Below are positions 24,180 through 39,200 of a stretch of DNA of 64,000 nt, piece after piece (the first letter of the stretch is position 1; each line of letters begins with the position of its first letter). A program made the translations under genes and the position numbers. The notes beneath the pieces are model-generated. The model was not told the origin of the DNA. It ran no database searches and was given only the letters and a program-made list of their open reading frames with translations. This stretch comes from Heterodontus francisci (Eukaryota): contig NC_090417.1 of NCBI RefSeq assembly GCF_036365525.1, positions 1,970,832 to 2,034,831 on the forward strand, in the 5' to 3' direction.

Positions 24180-25800
24180 GCTGATATGCTCGAACAGGTT
24201 GATGTTAAGAAGGAGGATGTGCTGGAAATTTGAAAGACATGAGGATAGATAAGTCCCCGGGGCCAGACGGGATATACCCAAGGTTATTACGGGAAGCGAG
24301 AGAAGAGATTGCCGCACCTTTGGCGATGATCTTTGCTTCCTCGCTGTCCACTGGAGTAGTACCAGATGATTGGAGGGTGGCAAATGTTACTCCCTTGTTC
24401 AAGAAAGGGAATAGGGATAACCCTGGGAATTACAGACCAGTCAATCTTACGTCGGTGGTGGGCAAATTATTGGAGAGGATTCTGAGAGACAGGATTTATT
24501 ATTATTTGGAAAAGCATAGTTTGATTAGAGGTAGTCAGCATGGCTTTGTGAGGGGCAGGTCATGCCTCACAAGCCTTATTGAATTCTTTGAGGATGTGAC
24601 AAAACACATTGATGAAGGAAGAGCAGTGGATGTGGTGTATATGGATTTTAGCAAGGCGTTTGATAAGGTTCCCCATGGTAGGCTCATTCAGAAAGTAAGG
24701 AGGCATGGGATACAGGGAAATTTGGCTGTCTGGATACAGAATTGGCTGGCCCGTAGAAGACAGAGGGTGGTAGTAGATGGAAAGTATTCAGCATGGAGCT
24801 CGGTGACCAGTGGTGTTCTGCAGGGATCTGTTCTGGGACCTCTGCTCTTTGTGATTTTTATAAATGACTTGGATGAGGAAGTGGAAGGCTGGGTTAGTAA
24901 GTTTGCCGATGACACAAAGGTTGCTGGAGTTGTGGATAGTGGGGAGGGCTGTTGTAGGTTGCAATGGGACATTGACAGGATGCAGAGCTGGGCTGAGAAG
25001 TGGCAGATGGAGTTCAACCTGGAAAAGTGTGAAGTGATTCATTTTGGAAGGTCGAATTTGAATGCAGAATACAGGCTTAAAGACAGGATTCTTGGCAGTG
25101 TGGAGGAACAGAGGGATCTTGGGGTCCACGTCCATAGATCCCTCAAAGTTGCCACCCAAGTTGATAGGGTTGTTAAGAAGGCGTATGGGGTGTTGGCTTT
25201 CATTAACAGGGGGATTGAGTTTAAGAGCCGCGAGGTTATGCTGCAGCTCTATAAAGCCCTGGTTAGACCACACTTGGAATATTGTGTTCAGTTCTGGTCG
25301 CCTCATTATAGGAAGGATGTGGAAGCTTTAGAGAGGGTGCAGAGGAGATTTACCAGGATGCTGCCTGGACTGGAGGGCATGTCTTATGAAGAATGGTTGA
25401 GGGAGCTAGGGCTTTTCTCATTGGAGCGAATAAGGATGCGAGGTGACTTGATAGAGGTGTACAAGATGATGAGAGGCATAGATAGAGTGGATAGCCAGAG
25501 ACTTTTTCTCCAGGGCGGAAAGGGCTATCACCAGGGGGCATAATTTTAAGGTGATTGGAGGAAGGTTTAGGGGAGATGTCAGAGGTAGGTTCTTTACACA
25601 GAGAGTGGTGGGTGCGTGGAATGCACTGTCAGCGGTGGTAGTAGAAGCAGATACATTAGGGACATTTAAGCGACTCTTGGATAGATACATGGATGATAGT
25701 AGAATGAAGGGTATGTAGGTAGTTTGATCTTAGAGTAGGTTAAAGGGTCGGCACAACATCGTGGGCCGAAGGGCCTGTGCTGTACTGTTCGATGTTCTAT
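24180..25800 (+). mobile_element. Young 5'-truncated CR1 LINE with a 437-codon open RT frame
   Basis: ORF 24230-25543: KSPGPDGIYP, NYRPVNLTS, DFSKAFDKV, QGSVLGPLLF, KFADD; probable frameshift near 25508; tail GTACTGTTCGATGTTCTAT. Confidence 0.96.
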
Positions 25801-26559
25801 AAGGAGATATTAGGGCAGATGACCAAAAGCTTGGTAAAAATGGTGTCTTAAAGGAGGAAAGAGAGGCGGAGAGGTTTAGGGAGGAATTCCAGAGCTAAGG
25901 AACTGAGCAGGAGAGGCCTGGGTGAATCTGGCACTCAATGGTAGCAAGCTTGACTTTCATATAGTTGCAGACATGAGACTAAGTACTGAGGCAGAAGATG
26001 TAACGGGTCGTAGGGCAGCTGAGCCCGAGGGTTCGAGTCTGCCTTCACAGCTCAATTGCAGAGTGGGGGGGGGGGGGGTTCAGAGCTGCCATGTTGAGAT
26101 ACTGCTGATGCCGGGTGCCGAGCTGAGAGTTTTATAGCTGTCATTCCTTCATTAATGGTCAACCCACAGTGGGTCCTTCGTTTTTTTACTCTCCTTTCTC
26201 TTCCCCAAACACTCCCGCCACCCCTCCTCTCCCGATGGTGCTGTCTCCTTTCTTGGGTGGAGAGGTAGGTGCCTCTAAGTATGTCATTCAGTGGCCTGTC
26301 CCACACGCGAGCATTAATGCTGGGATATCACGGCCGGTCCAACCCTGTCCCCGTGCCCCCATTCAGCAGCAATGTGGACCTTTATTTGACTACTGCACTA
26401 TTGTATCAGATCTAGGTTGATGTGTGCATCAACTCTGTTTACCAACCTTTGCTCCATATTCCTCAACAAGAATATTATCAGTCTCAGTCTTGGAAACTCT
26501 AGTTGTCCCTCAGCCTGTTGGGGATGGCGGGAGATGGGGACGGGGGCAGCGAGTTTGGA

Positions 26560-27160
26560 GGGTTGGCAGAGAGTTCCCGATTTCCTCTACTTTGTGTGGA
26601 GGAAATGCTTCCTCATTTCACTCCTGAGCAGCCTAGCTCTATCTTACAGTTGTATGTCCCCTTGTTCCTGATTTTCCACTAGTGGAATTCGTTTCTCTGC
26701 ATCTAACCTATTGAATCCTGTTAACATTTTAAACACCTCGATAAGATCATCCCTCAAACTTCTAAACCCCAGGTAATACGAGCCAAGTTCTTGCAGCTTA
26801 TCCTCTTAGTGTAACCTCCTGAAGCTCGGTATTGTTTTGGTGAATCGGTGCGGTGCCCAGAACTGATCGCAGTACTCTCGATGACCTCAGACCAAGGCTG
26901 TCCAACAGAAATGTCACTTTCCCTCTTTGTATTCCAGACCCCTTGAGCTGAAGGCCAGCATTCCATCGGCCTTTTCAACTGCTTCTTGTACCTGTCTACT
27001 AGCTTTTAGCGATTTGTATACTTGGTCTCGAATCGCTCGGCCCCTCTACAGTTCCTGGTGCCCTCACCATTTCGAAAGTACATGAATTTATATTCCTTGG
27101 ATCCGGAATGCTTGACCTGACTCTTGCCAAGATTGCACTCTATTTTTCCATAGCTTTGGC
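26560..27160 (-). mobile_element. Degenerate CR1 fragment
   Basis: Minus strand shows decayed CR1 C-terminal sequence (GAGGGATGATCTTATCGAGGTGTTTAAAAT; GAAAAGGCCGATGGAATGCTGGCC). Confidence 0.65.
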
Positions 27161-28909
27161 CAATCTCGACTGTACAGCTCAGTTTCACACTGACTGATGC
27201 GTTTAGCTGCTGAACCATTGGGGCAAGTCTGCCCCTTTATAATGTTACACCGCATATTGAGTTGCTGGGTTATGGTATCTAGCAGATTGCACAGGGGCAG
27301 GCATTAACACTGAGAATCTTTTGGACTCGTGGCGATGTGTCACTTGTTCTTTGGATGTGGGCAGCACTTGACAGGACAGTGTTGACTGCCTGCCCGCCCC
27401 TTGTCTGAGGGCATTCATCAGTTGTGTCGTCTCGGACAGGAGTCACATGTAGGCCAGGATGGGTAGCAGTGGCAGCTTCTCTTCCCTGAAGAACATTGAG
27501 CCAGTTTGGGTTTTGTTTGGAGCAACAATCTGGAGGCTTTCATGGTCATTTTCTGCTGTCAATCCACAACTTATCAATTTGATTTGAACAGTAATGACGT
27601 TCACTTGTATAATGCCTCTAACGTACTAAAATATCACAAGGTACTTCGCAGGGGAGTTACCAAACTAAATTTGATGCCAAGCTACGTATTAGGGCAGATG
27701 ACTAAAAGCTCTGTTAAACAGGTGAGTTTAAAGGAGTGTCTTAAAGGAGGAAAGAGAGGCTGAAAGGTTTAGGGAGGGAATTCCAGAGGTTAGGGCCTTG
27801 CAGCAGAAGGCAGGGCTGCCAATTGCACCTGGTGTTGTGCAGCACACTTCCTCTGTAATACAGTCTGAAATCATCAAACTGCTTTGGCAGCCCTGTCCCC
27901 ACCAGTACTTCAGCACAATGTTGTCGAACTCTCAGGACTTTCTCACCACACCGGATTTCACACACAAAGCAAGCTTGGGAGGGCACAGTCCAGAGATGTG
28001 CTGCTGGATGTTTCTGTACAGTTCACGGTCCCGCTCACCCGTGACTGAAATCCCTGCACTCTGGTCGGGCGGATGTGGGGTAGCGTGTGAGACGCGGGAA
28101 TGAGCCGATCAGGAGACTAGGAAGAGAGCCAGTCGACGGGCACTGTTTTTGTGCGTGGTTGGCTATTAATGTAGAAAAGTAGCTGGTGTTTGATCTATGT
28201 GAGCTCTGTAATTTAGGTTTTAAATTTAGTGCTGAGGTCCTACATCAAGCTGGCTTGCAGCCATTACACAAGCTACACTTTTAGTCTGTGGTCTGTGAAT
28301 CAAGCCAATTTTACTATCATGGTGCGTGAGGTCACCCAACACCCTGAATTAATTTTGCCCTCCTGCTCCCCCTCAGCGGCTCATACTCTGATTATGTCAG
28401 CATTAGGGTGCAGGTCAATTGAGTAGTATGTAATGGAGTTTTTTTTTTTAAAGTGATGTGGGAATGAAACCATCTTGGTTGGTAACCACAAGAGGATCAT
28501 CACGACAGAATAGCAATCCTGTCATGAGTAGGAGTGGATTGGGGCTATTTTAATTGTTGGGACGGGAGATTAGAGGCTGGCCAGCTGGATTGTTCTCCCT
28601 GGAGCAAGAGACGGTTAAGCGAAGATTTAATAGAGGTGTTCAAAATCTCAACGGCTTTTGATAGAGTAAATGAGAAACTGTTTCCAACAAGACGGTTGGT
28701 AAGCACAGAACACAGAATTAAGAGACGCCTAAAAAATGGAAGGCAGATGAGAACATTTACAAGTCGTTGTGATCGGGAATGTACAGCCTGAAGTGGAGTG
28801 AAAACAGATTCAATAGTAACTTTTAAGTCAAAAAAAATTGTTGGGCTCTGGTGCAAGAGCAAGGCAGTGGGACAGATATAGAATCGCATCCCATCACCAT
28901 CTTGGTGAA

Positions 28910-31045
28910 TCGCCGACACAGACCTGTGTCCCATCACTGGGGGGATCGCAGACACTGACCTGTGCCCTGTCACTGGGGGGATCGCAGACACAGACCTGTG
29001 CCCCGTCACTGGGGGGGATCGCAGACACAGACCTGTGCCCTGTCACTGGGGGGATCGCAGACACGGACCTGTGCCCCGTCACTGGGGGGGATCGCAGACA
29101 CAGACCTGTGCCCTGTCACTGGGGGGGGATCGCAGACACAGACCTGTGCCCCGTCACTGGGGGGATCGCAGACACAGACCAGTGCCCTGTCACTGGGGGA
29201 ATCGCAGACACAGACCTGTGCCCCGTCACTGGGGGGTATCGCAGACACGGACCTGTGCCCTGTCACTGGGGGGATCGCAGACACGGACCTGTGCCCCGTC
29301 ACTGGGGGGGATCGCAGACACAGACCTGTGCCCCGTCACTGGGGGGGATCGCAGACACAGACCTGTGCCCTGTCACTGGGGGGGATCGCAGACACAGACC
29401 TGTGCCCTGTCACTGGGGGGGATCGCAGACACAGACCTGTGCCATGTCACTGGGGGGGGATCGCAGACACAGACCTGTGCCCGGTCACTGGGGGGATCGC
29501 AGACACAGACCTGTGCCCTGTCACTGGGGGAGGATCGCAGACACAGACCTGTGCCCGGTCACTGGGGGGATCGCAGACACAGACCTGTGCCCGGTCACTG
29601 GGGGGATCGCAGACACAGACCTGTGCCCTGTCACTTGGGGAGGATCGCAGACACAGACCTGTGCCCTGTCACTGGGGGAGGATCGCAGACACAGACCTGT
29701 GCCCGGTCACTGGGGGGATCGCAGACACAGACCTGTGCCCTGTCACTGGGGGGGATTGCAGACACAGACCTGTGCCCGGTCACTGGGGGGATCGCAGACA
29801 CAGACCTGTGCCCTGTCACTGGGGGGATCACAGAAACAGACCTGTGCCCTGTCACTGGGGGGGATCGCAGACACAGACCTGTGCCCTGTCACTGGGGGGG
29901 GGGGGGTGGGTGGGATCGCAGACACAGACCTGTGCCCTGTCACTGGGGGGATCGCAGACACAGACCTGTGCCCTGTCACTGGGGGGGATCGCAGACACAG
30001 ACCTGTGCCCAGTCACTGGGGAGGATCACAGACACAGACCTGTGCCCGTCACTCGGAGTATCGCAGACATCGACCTGTGTCCCATCACTGGGGGGATGGC
30101 AGACACAGACCTGTGCCCCGTCACTGGGGGGATCGCAGACACAGACCTGTGCCCCGTCACTGGGGGGATCGCAGACACAGACCTGTGCCCCGTCACTGGG
30201 GGGATCGCAGACACAGACCTGTGCCCTGTCACTGGGGGGATCGCAGACACAGACCTGTGCCCCGTCACTGGGGGGATCGCAGACACAGACCTGTGCCCGG
30301 TCACTGGGGGGATCGCAGACACAGACCTGTGCCCTGTCACTGGGGGGGGATTGCAGACACAGACCTGTGCCCTGTCACTGGGGGGATCGCAGACACTACC
30401 TGTGCCCGGTCACTGGGGGGATCGCAAACACAGACCTGTGCCCAGTCACTGGGGGGATCACAGACACAGACCTGTGTCCTGTCACTGGGGGGATCGCAGA
30501 TGCAGACCTCTGCCCGGTCACTGGGGGGGGGATCGCAGACACAGACCTGTGCCCGGTCACTGGGGGGGGGATCGCAGACACAGACCTGTGCCCCGTCACT
30601 GGGGGGATCACAGACACAGACCTGTGCCCTGTCACTGGGGGGATCGCAGATGCAGACCTCTGCCCGGTCACTGGGGGGGGGATCGCAGACACAGACCTGT
30701 GCCCCGTCACTGGGGGGATCGCAGACACAGACCTGTGCCCGGTCACTGGGGGGGGGATCGCAGACACAGACCTGTGCCCCGTCACTGGGGGGATCGCAGA
30801 CACAGACCTGTGCCCTGACACTGGGGGGGACCGCAGACACAGACCTGTGCCCTGTCACTGGGGGGATCACAGACACAGACCTGTGCCCTGTCACTGGGGG
30901 GATCACAGACACAGACCTATGCCCCGTCACTGGGGGGATCACAGACTGAGACCTGTGCCCTGTCACTGGGGGGATCGCAGACACAGACCTGTGCCCTGTC
31001 ACTGGGGGATTTGCAGACATAGAGCTACGTTTTGTCACTGGGGGA
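28910..31045. repeat. ~36-38-bp G-run minisatellite, ~57 copies, near the end of CNNM4 intron 1
   Basis: Unit G(6-8)ATCGCAGACACAGACCTGTGCCC(T/C/G)GTCACT; length variation lies mostly in the G run. Confidence 0.98.
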
Positions 31046-31054
31046 AATTCCATG

Positions 31055-31508
<454 letters not shown>

Positions 31509-32131
31509 TGAGAACGTGGGAACAGTAGGAGGCCATTCATCCCCTCAAGCCTGTTCTGCCATTCAACTAGATCACGGCTGATGTGTAGCTTTTCTCCATT
31601 TACCATCCTTGGCTCCCTCGCCATAATACCCTTGTTTGACAATCTCAGTTTTGAAATTTTCAACTGATGTCGCCCCCCCAATTCAACAGCTTTTTATTTG
31701 GAGGCAGGGAGGGGCGGGGAAATTCCAGATTTCTCCTACTGTTTGTGTGAAGATCTGCTTCCTGCCGTCTCCCCTGAATGAGCTACTTCTGATTTTATGG
31801 TGATATTCCTTTGTTCTGGACTCTCCCACCAGAAGAAATTGTTTTGCTTAATCTACCCTGTCAAATCCATTAATCATCTTGAAGCCCTCGATTAGATCAC
31901 TCCTTAATCTTCTATCCTTGAGAGCCCAAGGCAACCTGTCCTTGCACTTCAACCCTTTTAGCTGCAGTATCATTCAGGTGAATTTGAACTCCCCGTCCTC
32001 CAAGGCCTGTATATCTTTCCTGAGGTACAGTGGTAGGGCGTGAGCACAATGCTTCAGAGCTTTCTGCTTTATATATGGGAGGAAGTTGAGGAGGAATGGG
32101 GAACGGGAACCTTTGCTGAAGCCCTTTTTAA

Positions 32132-32380
<249 letters not shown>

Positions 32381-32989
32381 TGATTACAGTGTCTGTCGAA
32401 AGCAAACTGGAGAGAGCGCATTTTGGGCTGTGTAACAATGGGGTGAAATGCAGGTGGGGGCAGAGAGTCGGTTGTGGAGTTATGTTTGGAACATGAAGCC
32501 ACACCAGAGGACACGAACTTAAGGTCATTGGAAGTCAAACCAGAGGAGACGTTTCTTTGCACAACAAGTTGTTGTGATCTGCAGTGCACTGCCTGAAAGG
32601 GTGGAGCAGCAGATTCAGTCGTCTCTTTCAAAGGAGAATTGAATTTAATTCGAAACAAAACATTTGTTGGGCTGTGGCGAAAAAGCAGGCAGTAGAACTA
32701 ATTGGATCGCTCTTTCAAAGAGCCAGCACAGTGGGCTGAGTGGCCGCTAATAGAGTGAGGTTTGCTTGTTTCTGCTGTGGCGTGTTGGTATTGAAGCCCA
32801 GCGGCAGCACGTTTGGGGGCATGCAAGAAACAGGAGAGTGGGTGCTTGTAGGTCAGTGGCGTAAGCATGGATAAACTTCCCCTTATGGTTAGGCATTCAG
32901 GAAAAACTCCTGCAAAGTCAACTCCAATGGACTGACCGCTGTGTCCGCACGTCTGAACATTGTTTCCCCCCGCCGGGTCTTGTTTTCTC

Positions 32990-33285
32990 TACTCTCAAAT
33001 GGCCAACATTCCAAGAGAGGACCAAGAAAACGATTCCAAGACACTCAAGCTGTCCTTGAAGCACAGCTGCATTGACCTGAACCACTGGGAGGAGCTTGCT
33101 ACCAATCACTCGTCTGCCAAGCTGCATCACACTTCGAGTCCCAATGCCTTAAGGCAGAGCAGGAAAGAAAAGGATGCAAATCCGGCACACCAGATCCCGC
33201 TGCCTCGTGGGAACGTCCTGCCCTGTGTGCCCAAAGATCTGCGGGTCGAAAAGCGGCCTATTCAGTCGCATGAAGACCCGTGGCA
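32990..33285 (+). mobile_element. RTE-clade LINE C-terminal fragment
   Basis: KTLKLSLKHSCIDLNHWEELATN and a decayed terminal Cys/His motif resembling RTE ORF ends. Confidence 0.6.
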
Positions 33286-35730
33286 GAAACCCGTGACCCT
33301 GAGTAGATGTTGGCCTCTCGTCAAGGGACTGCCAGTGGGAGTTCTGGCGTCTTGTGGATGCTGTGATTAAGACATTATTCAAGGGGGGAGGGGACGATCT
33401 TTTGTGTGAGCTGTGGCCTGAACCTGTGATCTGCCCCTTCCCTGTTAAGGTTGGCGTTCTTGGCCCGTACCAGCGGTACCATGCAGAGCAAGTGATGATG
33501 GGATGTCTTTGCCACGGTGGCTGCTGCTGATGGGCCAGTCTCCAGTATCTGTAGAGCTTGTCCTGACTGCCCTCCAAGCAGGGAGCTCAGGGACACTTAA
33601 ACAAGAGAAACACTGTTGACGTATCTCCCTGAATGGGGCTATCCTCTGTATCCATCCAATAATAACCACACATTTAAAAACCTAACAATAACAGCTTGTG
33701 CCTTTAATGTAGTAAAATGCCCCAAGGTCAACTTTCGAGATTATCAAACAAAATCTATGTTAGAGAGGTTGGAAGAAACATCTCAAAGGAGGAGAGACAG
33801 GTAGAAGCGCCAAGGTTTAGGGACGGAATTCCAGATCTTAGGGTCCAGGAAGCTGAAGGCACAGCCTCCAATGGTGGAGCAATTAAAATCGGGAATACTC
33901 GAGACTCCAGTTGGAGGAGTGCAAAGATCGCTGAGTGTTGTAGGGCTGGAGGAGGTTACAAATAGGGTGGGGCGAGGCAATGGGAGAGATTTGAAAGCAA
34001 CCATGAGAATTTTAAATTTGAGGTCTTGTTGGATTGAGAGCCAGTGTATGTCAGCAATACAGGGGTGATGGAAACACATACAACCTAACTGTGTGTGCGT
34101 GTGTGTGTGTGTGTGTTCGTTCTCGTTCCTGCCACGATTGAGTTAGTTTCAGCCGTTGTCACTAGTTGGCTGTGGAAAGCACGGATTCCTGGCTGTGTTG
34201 TGCTGGGTAGAGAGATGAGCTTAGTGAACACAGTCAGCCGCAAGTGAAGACTTAATTACAGGGATCCATGTAATTACCCATCTTGTCTGTCTCGGACTGT
34301 GGGAAAAAATAGCATAGTTGCTGGAACAGGAATCTGTTTGTAGTTTGCATGACTTAATGAAGATTTGGAAAACAACATGTCAGCTTTTTTTTATATCTTG
34401 TTTTTTCTGCTTTGCATTTCATTGAGACAGGGCTGGTTTAAGAGAGATACGGGTGGGCCGATGTTACCTCTGTTGGCTCCACATCGCTCTCTGGCCAAGA
34501 GGCTATAATGAGCATTGAGCAATTTAGCACTCAGCTAACTGAGGACTAGAGAAACTTAGGCCTCATTAACTTCCTTAACATCCCCAACTTCACCCCTGAC
34601 TTTACCCGTTCCAATCACTCGTGCTCGCTGACCTACGTTGGTTCTCGGTCCAGCACTGCCATGCTTTTTCAAATTCTCAACTTTGTTTTCGAACCACTCC
34701 ATGACCTTGCACACCTACATCCCTGTAACCTCCTCCAGCCATCTAGTCCTCAGAGATTCCTTCGCTTTATGGTTGGTGCTGCTGCACTGGGAGCTGATGA
34801 CGTTTCGGGATGACATCAGTCTCGAGTCGCTTCCAGTTATTTGTTTTATTTTGTGAATCTACACCGGGATTGTTCACTTTTCACTTGTGTTCCTTGCTGT
34901 ACTATTGGGGGCTTCTCTGTCAAATGTGCTGACTTTCAGTGAGGCACGGATCCCCCAGGCACTGACTCTCACTGGGACGCCGGGTCTCGCTGAGTTGTGG
35001 GTCGATAAAGCACCGTCTCGCACTCGGGTACGGGTTCCATGGGGGCACCCGTGAATGACTGACACGCTTGAGACTCCTCCCACAACGACTCTTTGAAGAG
35101 CAATTGAGCCCAAACATCCCCAAAAAAAAAAGTTTGGTCAATGCAGACTCATTCCTGAGATGGTATCAGTCTGTTGGCGGCCATTGAAAAATAGACTTGT
35201 GTGAGGTACTGGATGATGGAGCGTTAACCAATCATGCTGTCAGGCCAGCGGGGTCCATCAGGGTGAGGGAGTGGGGGATTGGAGAGCTGGGCGCAATACG
35301 TAGAAGTGAGGTGTTGAAAAAAATGTTGGGGCGACCTGTCAGTGAGAAATCTGACGACTGCGATCATGGGAGACTTGTTTAAGAATTGATGATCTCATCG
35401 GGATGGAGAAGGCCAAATGTTGGATGTCATTTTGAGTCAGTCACTTGAGAGGAAAGACTCTGCATCGACCTTGCTTTTTATTGGTGTAGATGGACTTCAT
35501 GAAATTTCTGCATGAGGAAACCATGGCAACTGAAAGAAAACTGGTCAGAAAAAGGGACGGAAATTGAATGCAACTTGATTGCAATAAAAGGGTGGATATG
35601 GTGGGTGGGGTTGGTGTGAGAGAAGGAAGGGAATCGTTTAAACTCCACTATGGGGATTGACTAAGTTCATAAACTTTTAAAGTAACTTTTGCCCTGAGTG
35701 AAATCTCATTCCAACCCAACGCAATGGTAG

Positions 35731-36159
<429 letters not shown>

Positions 36160-36614
36160 TGAATCCATGCAGCAGACAGTTGTTCTACCACTGTGTCCGT
36201 GCCTGGGGAAAAAAGTTACACTGAAGCCAGCACGGCTTGTGTGCTATTTGGCCCCAGTACGAAAGCCTGATACCTGACCATTAACTCCTTCCCTCTAGCT
36301 GGCTGCTGTCTGAGACTGGAACAGACTGCTCACATCCTCCACGTCCTATTAGTTCCTCAGCTGAGCTTCTGACCCCATAACCCCTTGCATCACCGAACAC
36401 CACCTACTTGCACCTCTAATGTCGCCCACCTCCACTCCTGCCTCAGCTCATCTGCCGCTACCACCCTCATCCGTGCTCTTGCTACCTCCAGACTTGACGA
36501 TCCCAATGCTCTCCTGGCCGGCCTCCCATTTTCTACCCTTCGATGCACAGGATGAGACACTCAGGTCCACCCAGCATGTCCTGCACAACTGTGCTTCCTT
36601 GCGCATCGCAATTG

Positions 36615-37078
36615 CTGTTACTGGGCTAGTAATTCGGAGGCCTGGACTAATGCTCCAGAGACGAGTTCAAATCCCACCACGGCAGCTGGTGGAAATTAAA
36701 TTCAATTAATTAATAAATCTAGTCTGAATCTGAATAAAAAGCTAGTCTCAGTAATGATGACCATGAAATTACCAGGTTGTTGTAAAAACCCAGCTGGTTC
36801 ACTAATGTCCTACAGGAGAGGAAATCTGCTATCCTTACCTGGTCTGGCCTACATGTGACTCCAGACCCACAGCAATGTGGTTGACTCTGAAATGGCCACT
36901 CAAGTTGTATCAAAACTGCTGCCGAAAAGTAGCACTGTGAGCATACCCACAGTACATGGACTGCAGTTGTTTAGGAAGGCAGCTCACCATCACTTTTTCA
37001 AGGGCAATGAGGGATGGGCAACAAATGGTGGCCTAGCCAGCGACCTTCACATCCAGTAAAAGAATTTTTTAAAAAAAA
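36615..37078 (+). mobile_element. tRNA-derived SINE with LINE-derived tail
   Basis: GAGTTCAAATCCCACCACGGCAGCTGGTGG head; tail GCAGCTCACCATCAC...GGGATGGGCAACAAATG shared with the LINE at 42250-43063; A-rich end. Confidence 0.75.
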
Positions 37079-37479
37079 CCCCACTCCGACCCTGTTTGTC
37101 CAGTTGGTAAATGCACTGCACCAAGAGGTCCCAGGCTGCATACCCTGGCTCTGCTGAACTCAGTGGGCGATGTGATAATCAAGCTTTTCCTGGCTAGTGA
37201 AACACTAACCAGGATTTATGCTCCTGATCCATTGATTATTACTGGGAAGTGAGGCCAGGATTGAGCCAGCCCCTCATGATGGAATAGTATTCAGCCCTCT
37301 AGGATAAAGTGACGAACAGAATCTCACACCAGGAAGTGTCACTGACTCTGAGGGGAGAGAGAGAGAGAACTTGGACAGAAAGGTGCCAAGATTAGTGCTC
37401 GATATTTCCAGTTGTGCATTGATTAAATCTTGAGGCTTCCAGTATTCACCCTGTTGAAATAATGATCATTCTATCTCAG

Positions 37480-37576
37480 GGTAAAGTGGAGGCAGAGGCT
37501 GGGAAGGAAGACATGAAGTTCGAGACGGGACCGTTCTCCTATTATGGTACCATGGCCCTCGGCAGTCCGTGTATGG
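37480..37576 (+). CDS. CNNM4: CNNM4 exon 5
   Basis: cag|GGT...ATGG|gtaaga; [32 protein letters not shown]; 97 nt. Confidence 0.95.
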
Positions 37577-37689
37577 GTAAGAACGTTTCCATGTGTTTTC
37601 TTGTTAAGTCTCAATACGTTACAGCATCGAAGCCAAGAAAACCCCACAGGCTGTCGAGCGAGAGATTTTAGAAATATACGAGCAGGAGA

Positions 37690-38085
37690 AGGCAACTCTG
37701 CTCTTGACTCAGCTCCCACTCCAGAGACTTGAGCACAACAGTCCTGAGGGAGCATTGCACCTATCTGAGGGTGCTTTCTTCAGAACGACCTGTTAGACCA
37801 AAGCCCTGCCCGCTTACTCAGGTGGATGTATAAGATACCATGGCACTGTTTTGAAGAGAGCAGGGGAGTTATTCCCAGTATTCTGGCCAATATTTAATCC
37901 TCAACCAACATGATTGGAAAAAAAATTACATTACCTGGTCATTACCAGATTGCTTGTGGGAGCTTGCTGTGCACAAATTATCTGCCGTGTTTCCGACTTT
38001 ACAACAGTGATTGCACTTCAGAAGTCACTTGTTGTTTGTGAAGCGCTTTGAAATGTCCTAAAGTCATGAAAACGACTGTAGAAAT
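37690..38085 (+). mobile_element. Deu-type SINE copy
   Basis: CCCACTCCAGAGACTTGAGCAC...GAGCAGGGGAGTT..TGGCCAATATTTA...TGTGGGAGCTTGCTGTGCACAAATT. Confidence 0.7.
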
Positions 38086-38624
38086 GTGAGTATTTCCTTC
38101 TATCTTTTTCTTAGGGTGCCAGTAAAGTGAGTGCTCACCTGCTCTGGGTCTGTGCATTTTAATCTTTCTCTCTCTCTCTGCTTCATCAACTTCTCCCAGC
38201 TCCTACCTCCAGGCTCCGTACTTGCAGCCTCAAACGACCTTCCCTATTTTCTTGGTTCCAAGGTAAATCTTGCATGTTTTGCACAGTTTTTAGTTTCAAC
38301 TCCTCTGTTGCCTTCTGCCCTGAGGGGTTGTGCAGTTGTGAGCAAAGGTTTTGCCGTGACTGAGGCTCGCTGACCTTTTGAGAACAAGCATGCGCTCCTG
38401 CCAAGTGCAGTCCCCTTGCTGCTGCCTTCCAGCTCATCTGGGACTGGGCATTAACATGGGCTGTGCCTTTTTCTCTTACTAGCAATAACTCTTTTCACCC
38501 CACTTCTAATGGGTAATTCAACTTCTCTTCCTGGCCCCTGTGTTCGCTGGTACCATTAAAGTTCTCTCCCATCGGGTGCTGTTTCTCTCTCCTCAGAAAA
38601 CCAACCATTTATCTGACTAGGATC

Positions 38625-39200
38625 CTATCTCCAAACCCACTTTCCCCTCAAATGCTTGAATGTGTTGTGGCCCATCTTGCCTGGAACTCCATGTTTGCAT
38701 CCCTCCGATCGAGTTTCCCACCCTGTCACTGTCGAAACTGCTCTTGGCAAAGTCACAAACGACTTCCTGTATAACTGTGACTGTGGTAAACTATCCTTCC
38801 TCGTCCTTCTCACCCTGTCTGCACTCTTTGACATGGTTGACCACACCATCCTCCTCCAGCACCTCTCCGCTGTCATCCAGCTGGGTGGGACTGCACTCAC
38901 CTGGTTCCATTCTTAACTATCTAATGGTAGCCAGAGAATCACCTGCAATGACTCCTCTGTTCCTGCTCCCGCATGATGACCTCCGGTAGCCCCCCAAGGA
39001 TCTCGCCTTGGCCCTCTCCTATTTCTCATCTGTGCCCTGCTCTACCTCACCACCTCTGTTGACCTGACTGTAAATAGTCAGGCTGCTTGTCCGATATCCA
39101 GTACTGGAAGAGCAGAAATTTCCTCCCAACTAAACACGGGGAAAACCAAAGCCATCGTCTCTGTCCCCGACACGAACTCTTCCTGAAACCACTGACTCCA
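38625..39200 (+). mobile_element. L2 LINE RT fragment
   Basis: ETALGKVTNDFLYNCDCGKLSFLVLLTLSALFDMVDHTILLQHLS...GTALTWF. Confidence 0.85.

Noticed and set aside
24230-25543. 437-aa reverse transcriptase as a host gene or novel RT system
   Set aside because: Ordinary 5'-truncated CR1 ORF2 with no endonuclease or ORF1 and with many homologous fragments in the window.
34857-35054. Signal-peptide-like open frame (SLVFLAVLLGASLS...)
   Set aside because: No ATG after the upstream stop and no convincing splice sites; T-rich DNA readily gives hydrophobic translations.
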